From the IMG/VR virus record IMGVR_UViG_3300045988_082633: 64,000 bases of DNA. The stretch is one strand, 5' to 3'. The position numbers were made by a program, and so were the translations under genes. Source of the DNA: a virus. The first letter of the stretch is position 1. Every line of letters begins with the position of its first letter. Positions 45,304 to 54,947 of this stretch are shown here, one piece after another. The notes beneath the pieces were generated by a model. It was not told the origin of the DNA and did no database searches. It worked only from the letters and a program-made list of their open reading frames with translations.

Positions 45304-45530
45304 ATGTTTATATAAATAGAAGTTTTCAAAATCATAATCTTCTTATTTTAGTTGCTGCTAATTCTAAGGAAGAAGCATGGGAATATATAACACAAAGAGA
45401 AGGAGGAGATTATTATTTTGAATTATATGAATGTAATGATTTTAATCTAATAGAAAATGTTAGTACTAATACTGATGTTCCTAAGATTGTATATGAAATA
45501 ACTTTAACAAATAATAATTTTATTTTTTAA
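45300..45530 (+). CDS. hypothetical small protein
   Basis: 76-aa ORF with a 4-nt overlap with the upstream gene. Confidence 0.5.
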   Translation: MNVYINRSFQNHNLLILVAANSKEEAWEYITQREGGDYYFELYECNDFNLIENVSTNTDVPKIVYEITLTNNNFIF

Positions 45531-45550
45531 AATGAATATATTTTTAAATT

Positions 45551-47023
45551 ATGATTATTTCTAAAGGTGTAGATACAGAAATTTTTCCAAATTTATTTAG
45601 TGTTACTTTTGTAGATTTGAAAGATTATCTTAATACTTTTAGAGATTGTGTTGATGAAAAAGGTAAGCCTAAAGCATTAACTGAATGTTTAAGTGTTGCT
45701 GAAATTAAAACAAGACTTGATAAAGTTAGTTCTGATATATTTTATATTTCAGATACTAATGATAGTCAATTAATTGAACTTGTAGGGTATATAAATGCTA
45801 TGCAATCACATTATGAGACTATAACAACAGCAGATGGAAATGTAACTCAAATTCCTGTAAGAACTGATTTATATGGCTTTAATAATCAAGGATATGATGA
45901 TTTGATGATTAAAGCATTCCTTATGTATTTTAATAGATTTGATAGTACAAAATATCTTATTGATTTTCTTTATAATATAAGTCAAAAGATAATTAAACTT
46001 CAATCTGATAAAGATGCTTTTTGGAATGATAAAGAGTTAGAACTTATTAGAAATTATAGACTTCCTTATGGTACTGTTGATTTACAACAAGTTTACGGTC
46101 TTCATGCAGCAACAGTTATAACAGATAAAGATACTGGAGAAAGAAATAAATTTGGTAAATCTCTTAAACAAACTTCGATAAATCTTAAATGGCATGAACT
46201 TCTTGATTTTACATTACCACCTATAGATGAAGAAGAATATAATTTATATTGGAGTAAACAAGATAATTATAGAGGTTTAACTCTTGATGAACTTAACAAA
46301 CTTATTACAAATGATTTTAATAGATATGTTCTTCCTAAATATGTAGAGCCTATGCTTTATTATAATAAGAATGATGTATTTATTTGTAATGAGATGGTTC
46401 GTCAAAAGCCAGATGAAGTAAAACTCAGATATAGTATTTCTCATGCTTTTGGAGTAAATGTGCTTTGTAGTGCTAGAGCAAATATTGCAGATAAACTTAC
46501 TGTAAAGTTTTATTCTGATATGAGTGGTTTAAGTCCTAAACAGTTTATAAAAGGTAGAACTGAAAGGACTAAACTTAGTTTTAAAAAAATTATATTTCCT
46601 CATATTCAATTTAAGACTCCAGAGTTACAACAAATGCTTGCTGAAATGATGCAAGTTAGTATTACAAGAACTAATAAAGATGCTTTCTCTAAAGAAATAA
46701 CTTTTTATGGTACTACTTATACGTTAGCTACTGGTGGAATACATAGTCAAGATCCACCTCGTATATGTCGTTCTGATGATAAATTTGTTTATCTTCATCA
46801 TGATTATACCAGCTACTATCCTAGTATTATGATTAGTTATAACATTGCACCAAAACATCTTGATAAAACTACTTTTGTTCGTATGGTATCTTATCTAAAA
46901 GAAACGCGAGTAAAATGTAAACATACAAAAGATGAAGATGGTCATGTTATGGAAGGAGTACCTAATAAAATAGGTGCTGAAGCTCTTAAGATTGTAATTA
47001 ACTCTATATATGGTAAACTGGGT
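45551..47023 (+). CDS. family B DNA polymerase, exon 1 (exonuclease domain to motif B)
   Basis: Contains DYTSYYPSIM (motif A type DxxSLYPS) and KIVINSIYGKLG (motif B type KxxxNSxYG). The in-frame stop 8 codons later is intronic. The exon end at GGT 47021-47023 is set by P1 pairing and by spacing relative to T4/RB69 polymerases (from recall). Confidence 0.8.
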
Positions 47024-48021
47024 AAATTAGTTCATTGCTCAGTATAAACGCTTCTAATTGCTGGAAACTCGTGAAGATAATAGTGCTACAACATAAGATG
47101 AAAATCTAAGTGTGAATGCTTGAAAAACTGTTATTATATGACAATCAGCAGCTAAGACTCTAAAATGTTATTTTTAATAGTATTATGAGTAAAGTTCATC
47201 GACTAGTTTTTGACGTACTTTAGCATTAAAAATGTTATGGGAAACGGAGCGGATTGAATTATTTTTAGTAAATTTGTGGTGTTATAACTTTAAATATTAT
47301 GATTATGTTAAACCTTAAAATTGAAAAAGTTTATACTTCTGATAAGTACAAGTGTAAACATAAAGTAAAACGTAATGGTGATAGTCAAAAAAGATTTGGA
47401 CATCGCAAAGTTACCACGTCTTCTAATAAATTTAAAGATACACCTATAAAATACGGGTATCATTTAGAAGATTATAATCGTCATGTTGTTTATGAACATT
47501 ATTATGATGATGAACTTCTTCCATTTTATGTAGGAGAAGGCACTTTACAACGTGCTTTTGTTCTTAAAGGAAATAGGAGAACTAAATATTATAATGGTAA
47601 AGCTAAAGATGTTAATCTTATTCATGTTAAGATTGTTGCTATTGATGTTTCTGTTGAAGAAGCTTTAAAATTAGAAACAAAATTAATAGATAAGTATAAA
47701 AGAATGTCTGATGGTGGTTCTTTAATAAACAAAGATTATAAACGTGGTGGTGGTTTAAGAACTTGTCTTGAAAAACCTGTATATCAATTTACAATATGGG
47801 GAGAATTTATAGCAGAATATTGTTCTGCTGCTGAAGCTTCTCGTGTATTAGGTATTAATATGGCTAATATTTGTAGTTGTTGTAAAGGTACTAAAGGACA
47901 TAATACTTGTGGTGGTTATAAATTTAGATATTGTCGTGAATTTGAATCTATAATCACACCACCTACTCTTAAAATTTAATCAAGATATAGTCAGGCTAAT
48001 ATTGAAAGATATTAGATTAAG
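47024..48021 (+). mobile_element. group I self-splicing intron with an internal homing-endonuclease ORF
   Basis: Has matches to all four conserved core elements: P AATTGCTGGAAA (47056-47067), Q AATCAGCAGC (47143-47152), R GTTCATCGACTAG (47194-47206) and S AAGATATAGTC (47982-47992). P1 pairs exon CUGGGU with intron GCUCAG (47037-47042), giving a U:G pair at the splice site. The intron ends in G (48021). The ORF sits between R and S. Confidence 0.8.
47299..47979 (+). CDS. GIY-YIG-type homing endonuclease with a C-terminal NUMOD/IENR-like DNA-binding module
   Basis: VVYEHYYDDELLPFYVGEG...R...N...EEALKLETKLIDKY fits GIY-(x10)-YIG...R...E. The C-terminus KPVYQFTIWGEFIAEYCSAAEASRVLGINMANICSCCKG...GGYKFRY resembles the HTH modules of phage homing endonucleases (from recall). 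Confidence 0.7.
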   Translation: MIMLNLKIEKVYTSDKYKCKHKVKRNGDSQKRFGHRKVTTSSNKFKDTPIKYGYHLEDYNRHVVYEHYYDDELLPFYVGEGTLQRAFVLKGNRRTKYYNGKAKDVNLIHVKIVAIDVSVEEALKLETKLIDKYKRMSDGGSLINKDYKRGGGLRTCLEKPVYQFTIWGEFIAEYCSAAEASRVLGINMANICSCCKGTKGHNTCGGYKFRYCREFESIITPPTLKI

Positions 48022-48867
48022 AGTGAATTATTTTTTCTTTATGATAGATTTGCTCAAATGCAAGTTACTATAAATGGTCAGTTAATGACAATGACTCTAA
48101 TAGAAGAACTTGAACTTAATGGTATTCATGTTATAAGTGCAAATACTGATGGTATAGTAATAAAACTTCCACGTGATAAATTTAGCGTATATAAAGATAT
48201 TACTGATCGTTGGAATAGTACTAATAGAATGGGTGCTGATTATGAAGAATATAAAATGATTGCTAGTAGAGATATTAATAATTACGTAGATATTCAAGTA
48301 GATGGTAAAGTAGAATATAAAGGAGCTTTAGATCCTAAACAATATCTTAAAGAATTGAAAAAAGGATATGATGCTCCTGTTGTAGCTATTGCTGTTTTTG
48401 AATATCTTGTAAATAATGTTCCTGTAATGACTACTCTTAGAAATCATAAAGACATTCTTGATTTTTGTAAAACACAAAATGTAGGTAGACAATTTGAAGT
48501 TGTATATGATATTTGTGAAAAAGGTAAAATAATTCATATTCATAGTCAACGTCATGTACGATTTTATGTATCTACAAAAGGTGTTATTATACAAAAAGAA
48601 AATAAAGTTAGTGGTGCTAAAAGTAAATTAGCTGGTGGAAATTCAGTTTGTATTCTTAATTCTCTTGATGATTTGCCAATAGAAGAACGTAACATAAATT
48701 ATAGTTATTATTATAATGAATGTTATAAAATTATTGACCCTATTATGTTAGGAATTTCTCCTACACGAAAAGGTGATAGACATAATGGTATTCTAAGTGG
48801 CAAAGCTGCTATTAAAAAATTTACTCATCAATATAATTCTTTATTTGATGATGATAACTTTGAATAA
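48022..48867 (+). CDS. family B DNA polymerase, exon 2 (motif C and thumb)
   Basis: The frame is open from 48016. SELFFLYDRFAQMQVTINGQ continues motif B with the same spacing as GNVWFRYYDLRNATAITTFGQ of RB69 (from recall). ISANTDGIV is the DTD-type motif C. The track shows only the part from Met 48058. Confidence 0.8.
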   Translation, partial: SELFFLYDRFAQMQVTINGQLMTMTLIEELELNGIHVISANTDGIVIKLPRDKFSVYKDITDRWNSTNRMGADYEEYKMIASRDINNYVDIQVDGKVEYKGALDPKQYLKELKKGYDAPVVAIAVFEYLVNNVPVMTTLRNHKDILDFCKTQNVGRQFEVVYDICEKGKIIHIHSQRHVRFYVSTKGVIIQKENKVSGAKSKLAGGNSVCILNSLDDLPIEERNINYSYYYNECYKIIDPIMLGISPTRKGDRHNGILSGKAAIKKFTHQYNSLFDDDNFE

Positions 48868-48885
48868 AATGATAATTAAAAATAA

Positions 48886-50301
48886 ATGACAAATCCTGGT
48901 GAAATATTTGAAAATGCTATCAATCATTGGAGAGATGAAAAAGGTATTGGCACTGCTATTATACCTTCTCCTCTTAATGATAAATTGATGGTACTAGGAG
49001 TTCTTCAGCGTATATATGCTCGTTCTCCTACTGTAAATTCTGTTATAATTACTAATTCTTTTAGTGAAAGACAAAGTATTACAGAGTTTTTAACTCAACA
49101 AGAAGATGTAGAAGAAAATAATGAAGAATTTAAGAATCTTATAACTTCTGGTAAAATTAAAGTTTTTACTGATAAATTTATTAAAAGTTGTAAAGTTCAA
49201 ACTTATCCTTTTTTATGTATTTGGTACAGACCTGATGGTGCTTGTGAAGAAATATTAGATTATGTTAGTAAATGCAAGTTTAAACTTGTTGTTTTAAATA
49301 AGTTTTTATCTAACTATGATGATGTTCTCAAATTATATCAAGTAGCTCCTCTTCTCAAAGATTTCCAACAAGCAGAAATAGAAGCTATTCGATTGAGCAC
49401 CCCCGTAGAAGAAATACAAATAGGTGTAGATATTCCTACTGATAGTAACGTATATGAACTTTTAAAATATTATGATGAGTATATTGCTACAAGTCTAAAT
49501 ATATTTGGAAGTTTTGATATTATGCAACAAGCTAATGTAGGAAATCAACAATTAAATATATCTTCTACTCAAATATGTTATCAAATAGCACAAGAAAATG
49601 GTTGGAACGAACATCTTGATATGAATATTGAGTTTAATCTTGAAATTGATAGACTTTACAATCCTAATAATCTTAAAGAACGAGTATCAAAAACTTATGA
49701 GATAATTAGAGAACGTAGTAAACTTCTATCTGATTTTGAAGGAAAACTTGATATTATTCTCAATATAGTTCGTGAAAACAAAGATAAGAAAATTCTTATT
49801 ATCAATAAACGTGGTGATTTTGCAAGTAAAGTTACAGATTTTCTTAATGATTTATCTGATACTATTATTTGTGGAAATTATCATGATAAAGTTGATAATA
49901 TTCCTGCTGTTACTTTTACAGGACAACCTGTATATTATAAAAGTGGAGCAAGAAAAGGTGAGCGTAAAATGATGGGTGTTAAAGCACAAAAAACACTTAA
50001 TGTAGAAAGATTTAATAATGATTTTATTCATGTTCTTTCTACTAATAACTCACCAGATAAAGATTTGGCTATAGATGTTGATGTTGTGATTATAACGTCT
50101 CCAATGTGTGAAGATATTAAAGCTTATATGTATAGACTATCTAAAATATATTTTAGGTCTAAACTTATAAAATTATACTCTTTATATTGTCTGAATACAA
50201 GCGAACAAAAGATGATAGAGAAAAAAGCACTATCCGATAACCATAATGTTAAAAATTCTATTGCTGATGAAAATTATTCTGCTTTTATTGTTGATGATTA
50301 A
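48886..50301 (+). CDS. SF2-helicase-like protein (C-terminal RecA-like domain recognisable, N-terminal motifs degenerate)
   Basis: 471 aa. KILIINKRGDFASKVTDFLN...HVLSTNNSPDKDLAIDVDVVIITSP resembles the helicase C-terminal domain pattern. No canonical Walker A seen. Contains motif copy 9. Confidence 0.3.
   Translation: MTNPGEIFENAINHWRDEKGIGTAIIPSPLNDKLMVLGVLQRIYARSPTVNSVIITNSFSERQSITEFLTQQEDVEENNEEFKNLITSGKIKVFTDKFIKSCKVQTYPFLCIWYRPDGACEEILDYVSKCKFKLVVLNKFLSNYDDVLKLYQVAPLLKDFQQAEIEAIRLSTPVEEIQIGVDIPTDSNVYELLKYYDEYIATSLNIFGSFDIMQQANVGNQQLNISSTQICYQIAQENGWNEHLDMNIEFNLEIDRLYNPNNLKERVSKTYEIIRERSKLLSDFEGKLDIILNIVRENKDKKILIINKRGDFASKVTDFLNDLSDTIICGNYHDKVDNIPAVTFTGQPVYYKSGARKGERKMMGVKAQKTLNVERFNNDFIHVLSTNNSPDKDLAIDVDVVIITSPMCEDIKAYMYRLSKIYFRSKLIKLYSLYCLNTSEQKMIEKKALSDNHNVKNSIADENYSAFIVDD
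49400..49410 (+). repeat. GC-rich interspersed motif, copy 9
   Basis: Plus strand reads AGCACCCCCGTAGAAGAAAT. Sense orientation in 48886..50301 (ACC CCC GTA GAA GAA = T-P-V-E-E). Confidence 0.85.
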
Positions 50302-50351
50302 AAATAATTTTGTATATTTGTATCGTTAAACAAAAAGAGTCCTTTGACATA

Positions 50352-51260
50352 ATGAATAAGCAAGAAGAACCAAGTAATGGTGTTAGTAGTCGTGCATTGG
50401 CTACAAGACATAATGAACAAGGTACTGGACTTACTGTTATAAATCTTCTTGATGAAAAGCAACTTGCTTCTGCTGAGTTGTTTTTAAAGAAGTTTATGAG
50501 TAGTGAGAAAGGAGGTATTAAGAGTATTGCTGATGGACTTTCTATTCTAGCTCGTGCTCAAGATTTGCAACTTCCTTTTACAACGTGTATTGAACATATT
50601 CACGTTATCAACGGTAAAACAGGTATTGATGTTCATATCATTAAGTCGTTATTATCGAGGGCAGGAATAGTTTGGAAATGCACTAAAGATTATGTTCCTC
50701 AGTATCAATATACTGACGGTAATACGATTTATCTTGAAACACAACTTCCTCAATATTGTGTTAAATGTCGTACACCAAAAGAAGCTATTGAGGTTACAAA
50801 AGATGAAATAGTAGGTGTTTATCCTGTGCATTGGTACGCAGATTTAAAAGGAAATATATACAATGAATTTGAGGTTAGTGACAAATGTGTTAAAGCTGTT
50901 AATAGACAACACGCACTAAAGATTGCAAGTGAAGGTAAGTTTCCTATTCTTCGTATTCCAGCTCAACCTGTAGATTTTGTTACTGAATATGAGTTTACAA
51001 GAAGATATATGATAAATGGTAAAGAAGTTGTTACAACTGCTACTAGTCATTTTTCTTTTAGTGAAGCTCAAACAGCAGACCTATTTAAAAAAGATACTTA
51101 TATTAAATTCGCTCGTATAATGATTGGTCATAGAGCATTTGTTTTTGGTGCTCGTGATATAGCAAATGATATACTTATGGGATGTATGGAAACTACAGAA
51201 CTTAAGCTTATAGCAGATGCTCCAATCGAAGATACTGAATTTATAGAAATATCTGATTAA
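50352..51260 (+). CDS. RecT/Redbeta-superfamily single-strand annealing protein (candidate)
   Basis: The start is taken at MNKQEEP (the track starts at 50310). LPFTTCIEHIHVINGKTGIDVHIIKSLLSRAGI and the C-terminal YIKFARIMIGHRAFVFGARDIANDILMG resemble RecT-like proteins as I recall them. Confidence 0.45.
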   Translation: MNKQEEPSNGVSSRALATRHNEQGTGLTVINLLDEKQLASAELFLKKFMSSEKGGIKSIADGLSILARAQDLQLPFTTCIEHIHVINGKTGIDVHIIKSLLSRAGIVWKCTKDYVPQYQYTDGNTIYLETQLPQYCVKCRTPKEAIEVTKDEIVGVYPVHWYADLKGNIYNEFEVSDKCVKAVNRQHALKIASEGKFPILRIPAQPVDFVTEYEFTRRYMINGKEVVTTATSHFSFSEAQTADLFKKDTYIKFARIMIGHRAFVFGARDIANDILMGCMETTELKLIADAPIEDTEFIEISD

Positions 51261-51392
51261 ACTCTAATTCTTAAAAGAGAAGTAATTCAACTCTTTTATA
51301 GTACTAAATTTAGAATTAAAACAAAGAATAAAAGTAGTTACACTACCTATATTAAATAAACATTTTTATAAACAATTAAAATTAAAAGTAAA

Positions 51393-52187
51393 ATGAAAAC
51401 ATTTGGTAAATTCAATTTTGGTGTTCAAGCAGTTCAGGCAGGTCAGAAGTCTTCAACAGTTAATGCAGAGCCTATTCTTATTGCTAATTCTACTCCTGGT
51501 AAGTTTATTATTACTGCTCCTGTAAGTAAAGCTCTTAATATTGCTGTTGGTGAGAATATAATGTTCCTTAACAATATTGCTGGTGTTGAGGCTGCTGTAC
51601 AATCTCGTAATGAAGATGTTGTAGCATTTGCTGCTGAACAGGGTATTGATATTAACACTCGTGATGGCGAGGATGCTCTTATTGCTGCTCTTACTCAGTG
51701 GTTTATTGCTAAAGGTGTTCTTCAGTATGATAGCAAGGGTAATCCTGTAATGGCTACTGAGCGTTATACTAAGGATGATAAAGCTAAGTATCTTGCTGAA
51801 CATAAGATGGAGCTTGTTGATGCTAATCGTGAAGCTCTTGTTGCTCAGTATGGAGAAATGTCTGATGAGGAACTTGCTGATAAGCTTACTGTTGATATGA
51901 TTGAGTCTCCTAAGTTCCACGCTGCAAGTGGTTCTAAGACTGCTACTACTGCTTCTGCTACAGGTGTAGGATGTCAGCTTATCTTTACTGATAGTTCAAT
52001 TTGGACTACTCTTAAGAGTGATCTTGGAGATGATGCTTCTAAGAAGAATCGTGTTTACAATGTAGTTCTTGATGAAGCTCAGACTACTCAGTTTAACAAT
52101 GGTAAGGAGAATGTTGATATTACTATTCTTCCTATTGTTTTCAAGGAAGATGTTGATCCTATTGTTCGTAACAAGAAGGCAGAGTAA
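51393..52187 (+). CDS. GC-richer, probably abundant protein of unknown function (264 aa)
   Basis: Codon usage is strongly GC-shifted (antisense ORFs open across it), with its own strong terminator. Lies immediately upstream of the SSB-like gene. No motif recognised. Confidence 0.7.
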   Translation: MKTFGKFNFGVQAVQAGQKSSTVNAEPILIANSTPGKFIITAPVSKALNIAVGENIMFLNNIAGVEAAVQSRNEDVVAFAAEQGIDINTRDGEDALIAALTQWFIAKGVLQYDSKGNPVMATERYTKDDKAKYLAEHKMELVDANREALVAQYGEMSDEELADKLTVDMIESPKFHAASGSKTATTASATGVGCQLIFTDSSIWTTLKSDLGDDASKKNRVYNVVLDEAQTTQFNNGKENVDITILPIVFKEDVDPIVRNKKAE

Positions 52188-52226
52188 TCCTTGCTTAGTC
52201 ATCATGTAAAATAAAATGTTAAACAT

Positions 52227-52275
52227 AGTGACGATGAATAATGTTAACTTATTACTCATCGTCACTTTATTTATA
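52227..52275 (+). terminator. strong rho-independent-type terminator
   Basis: 16-bp stem AGTGACGATGAATAAT / ATTACTCATCGTCACT (one mismatch) with loop GTTAACTT, followed by TTATTTATATT. Confidence 0.75.
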
Positions 52276-52304
52276 TTATAAATCTTTTAAAATTTAATTA
52301 AATT

Positions 52305-53240
52305 ATGTCAGCTGATAAAACAAATGTTGCAGCAGGAAGTGCACAGCCTACTGTAAAAAAAGCTCGTCGTGGTGTTAATAACGAAACTAAGGCTGTTGCT
52401 CAACTACGTTTTCATGAGAAAGATGCTTCTACTCAAAACGGTCTATTTATCGGACATCTTGAAAGTTGTTCTGTAGATTGGTCTATTAATGCAGAAGGTA
52501 AACAGTTTACAGGTGAAAAAGTTCCTCGTGTAACTCTTCATTTTGCTAGTAATCATACTAATACTTCTGAACAGCGTCATGTATATTATACTTTGAATTG
52601 CATTGAATCAAATGTTAATACAATTCCTGATGGAAGTGAAGATTGGAAAGTAAATAACATCTTTAATTGGATGAAACACATTCTTGATGTTTATTATCTT
52701 AAAGGTCGCGAAATGACTGCTGAAGAAGAAGATGCACTGTCTCTTCCTTTTGAAGATTATGATGATGAAGGTAATTATGTAGCTGTTGAAACTACTGATG
52801 TTATCAAAGGCTATGCTTTTATCTTTAATAATTTTGTTGCTATGATGAATGGAAGTTTTCGTCTTGCAGATGGAGAAACTCCTAAGCCTTGTTACAAGAC
52901 TGCTGATGGTAAGTTTATTCCTGCTTGGCTTAAACTTCTTCGTCATAAGAAAATAAAGGGAGAATGGAAGAATGTTGCACAAAATGGTGAACTTGGTTTT
53001 GATAGCTTTATTGGTAACGGAGTAGTAGAACTTATTCGTAAAGATATGCCACCTGCTGTTCTTCGTCTTGATTTAGCTAAAGAATCAATTACTCCTAAAG
53101 AAACTAAAAAGACTCCTACTATCGGTGCTCCAAATAATGCTATGACCGGAATAGGAGGTGTAGTTCCTACAGCTCCTATGAATATGGGAAATGCAGATAC
53201 TGGTGCTTACGCTGCTGCTGCTGGAGATATGCCTTTCTAA
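52305..53240 (+). CDS. single-stranded DNA-binding protein candidate (SSB-like C-terminal tip)
   Basis: 311 aa. The G/A/P/M/N-rich disordered tail ends ...GAYAAAAGDMPF, analogous to the bacterial SSB acidic tip ending in (D)-I/L-P-F. GC-rich codon usage, own terminator, replication-module context. An OB fold cannot be verified by eye. Confidence 0.5.
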   Translation: MSADKTNVAAGSAQPTVKKARRGVNNETKAVAQLRFHEKDASTQNGLFIGHLESCSVDWSINAEGKQFTGEKVPRVTLHFASNHTNTSEQRHVYYTLNCIESNVNTIPDGSEDWKVNNIFNWMKHILDVYYLKGREMTAEEEDALSLPFEDYDDEGNYVAVETTDVIKGYAFIFNNFVAMMNGSFRLADGETPKPCYKTADGKFIPAWLKLLRHKKIKGEWKNVAQNGELGFDSFIGNGVVELIRKDMPPAVLRLDLAKESITPKETKKTPTIGAPNNAMTGIGGVVPTAPMNMGNADTGAYAAAAGDMPF

Positions 53241-53281
53241 GTAGTAATTCTTTTGTTAATGGTTGAATAGTTATTAATCGA

Positions 53282-53321
53282 GGGAATAGCGTCAGAAATG
53301 AGGCTGTTCCCTTTTTTTTTT
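53282..53321 (+). terminator. rho-independent terminator with a T10 tract
   Basis: GGGAATAGC / GCTGTTCCC stem (one G:U pair) with a 12-nt loop, followed by TTTTTTTTTT (53312-53321). Confidence 0.8.
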
Positions 53322-53332
53322 AACATAGGAGA

Positions 53333-54547
53333 ATGATTCGTAATATAAATACTGCAAAACTTACTAAAACATATATTGAGGAAAAAATATCTCAAGAACT
53401 TATTGTTAGTAAATATCTTGATATTCCAATAGAAGTCGTTAAACATTGTATTGATAATAATACTTTGATAACTTCTGTGTTTAGAGATGATGATAACAAT
53501 GGTAGTATGGGTATTCAATATAATGCTAAAGGCCGACTTAAAGTACGGGACTTTGGAGGTTTTGGCTTTTTCGGTGATGTTTATGATGTAGTTGGTTATG
53601 TATTATCTCTTATATGTAAAAGAAAAATCGAACCTAATAATAAACAAGATTTTTATTTTATATTGAAACATATAGCTAATACTTTTAGTAATATAATTGA
53701 TGGAAAAGAAGTCGATGAAAATATTACTTATGAAATAAAAGATGCTATATCTGTAGGTAAGCAACGTAGACCTATAATAGAGATTGTTCCTCGTAGTTGG
53801 AATAAATCTGATAAAGACTATTGGGGGAAACTTGGAGTTTCTCTTAGTTATCTTAATACACATTTTGTAATTCCTGTAGATCAATATTATATTGATAGAG
53901 GTGTTAATACAGAACCAAAATATTATTATAAACAAAAAGATCCATGTTATGCTTATATGTTTGGTCAAAATAGACAAGGAATACATTTTATTAAACTGTA
54001 TTTTCCTAATCGTAATAGAGCTACTGAATTAAAATTTATAACTAATTGTAATGTTCTTGAAGGTTTACTTAATCTTGAACTTAATAATTATGATTTTATT
54101 CTTATTACAAAAAGTAGCAAAGACAGACTTAGTATAGGTGGACATTTAGATACGATACCTTTCTACGGGGGAGCTAATGCTAAACTAAATATTGGTATTA
54201 TAAATCTTCCTAGTGAAAATTATCATCTTACTGAAAAAGAATATTCTTGGCTTACAAATAAACTTGCACCAAATGGTAAAATTATAAGTCTATTAGATTT
54301 TGATTATACTGGTAGATGTGGTGCTAATTATTTGTATGAAACTTATAACATACCATATATGTTTATAACTCGTGGTGAATTTGGTCTTCCTAATTATCAT
54401 TGTAAAGATTTTACAGATTTGCATGATATATATACAATTAAAGAAATAAATCAATTTATTAACGAAACTATAAAATATGTCACACTCAGATTTAAATGTG
54501 GTTATGAAACCACTTCCGACTTGTCAGAATTACCGTATTTTATGTAG
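53333..54547 (+). CDS. DNA primase (Toprim-type)
   Basis: 404 aa. FILITKSSKDRLSIGG and LLDFDYTGRCGANYL fit the Toprim pattern (DxD). The N-terminal SVFRDDDNNGSMGI...VRDFGGFGFFGDVYDVV is collinear with the primase zinc-binding/RNA-polymerase N-terminus but lacks the Cys ligands. Contains motif copy 10. Confidence 0.55.
   Translation: MIRNINTAKLTKTYIEEKISQELIVSKYLDIPIEVVKHCIDNNTLITSVFRDDDNNGSMGIQYNAKGRLKVRDFGGFGFFGDVYDVVGYVLSLICKRKIEPNNKQDFYFILKHIANTFSNIIDGKEVDENITYEIKDAISVGKQRRPIIEIVPRSWNKSDKDYWGKLGVSLSYLNTHFVIPVDQYYIDRGVNTEPKYYYKQKDPCYAYMFGQNRQGIHFIKLYFPNRNRATELKFITNCNVLEGLLNLELNNYDFILITKSSKDRLSIGGHLDTIPFYGGANAKLNIGIINLPSENYHLTEKEYSWLTNKLAPNGKIISLLDFDYTGRCGANYLYETYNIPYMFITRGEFGLPNYHCKDFTDLHDIYTIKEINQFINETIKYVTLRFKCGYETTSDLSELPYFM
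54161..54171 (-). repeat. GC-rich interspersed motif, copy 10 (reads on the minus strand)
   Basis: Plus strand reads CCTTTCTACGGGGGAGCTAATG. Inside the primase gene, antisense, in a different frame (TTC TAC GGG GGA = F-Y-G-G). Confidence 0.85.
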
Positions 54548-54947
54548 TAACATAACTTGTGGTATTGTCAGAAGAACAGTTATGATTCCTATTAGTGAAC
54601 AAGAAGAAAAAACTATAGATAATATAGGAGATTCTATTCTTAAATTTCAACGTGGTAATAAATCTTTTTCTATAAAAATGAAAGATATTTATTGTTATGG
54701 AGAAGTTGATTTTACTAATGAAGAAGATCTTGATCAAATTGATTCTTTTAATTTCCTTGATTATCTTGGTGGTATTGGTATTCATATTTGGTCTCATTAT
54801 GATTATAAAACTCATAGTTGTAAAACTTTTAATAAACAAATTTTATGGACTGAAACTTGGAGTCCAGCTATAGTTGCACAAATAGCTCATGGATGCCTTG
54901 GAAAGCCTCAACGTATATTACTTTTTAACGAATATATAAGAAAATGA
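54477..54947 (+). CDS. hypothetical protein
   Basis: 156-aa ORF overlapping the primase 3' end. The true start may be a later Met (54504 or about 54582). 4-nt overlap with the ligase gene. Confidence 0.5.
   Translation: MSHSDLNVVMKPLPTCQNYRILCSNITCGIVRRTVMIPISEQEEKTIDNIGDSILKFQRGNKSFSIKMKDIYCYGEVDFTNEEDLDQIDSFNFLDYLGGIGIHIWSHYDYKTHSCKTFNKQILWTETWSPAIVAQIAHGCLGKPQRILLFNEYIRK

Noticed and set aside
53819-53829. TTGGGGGAAAC in the primase gene as a further GC-motif copy.
   Set aside because: It shares only the G5 run and lacks the CTAC / GTAGAA half of the motif.
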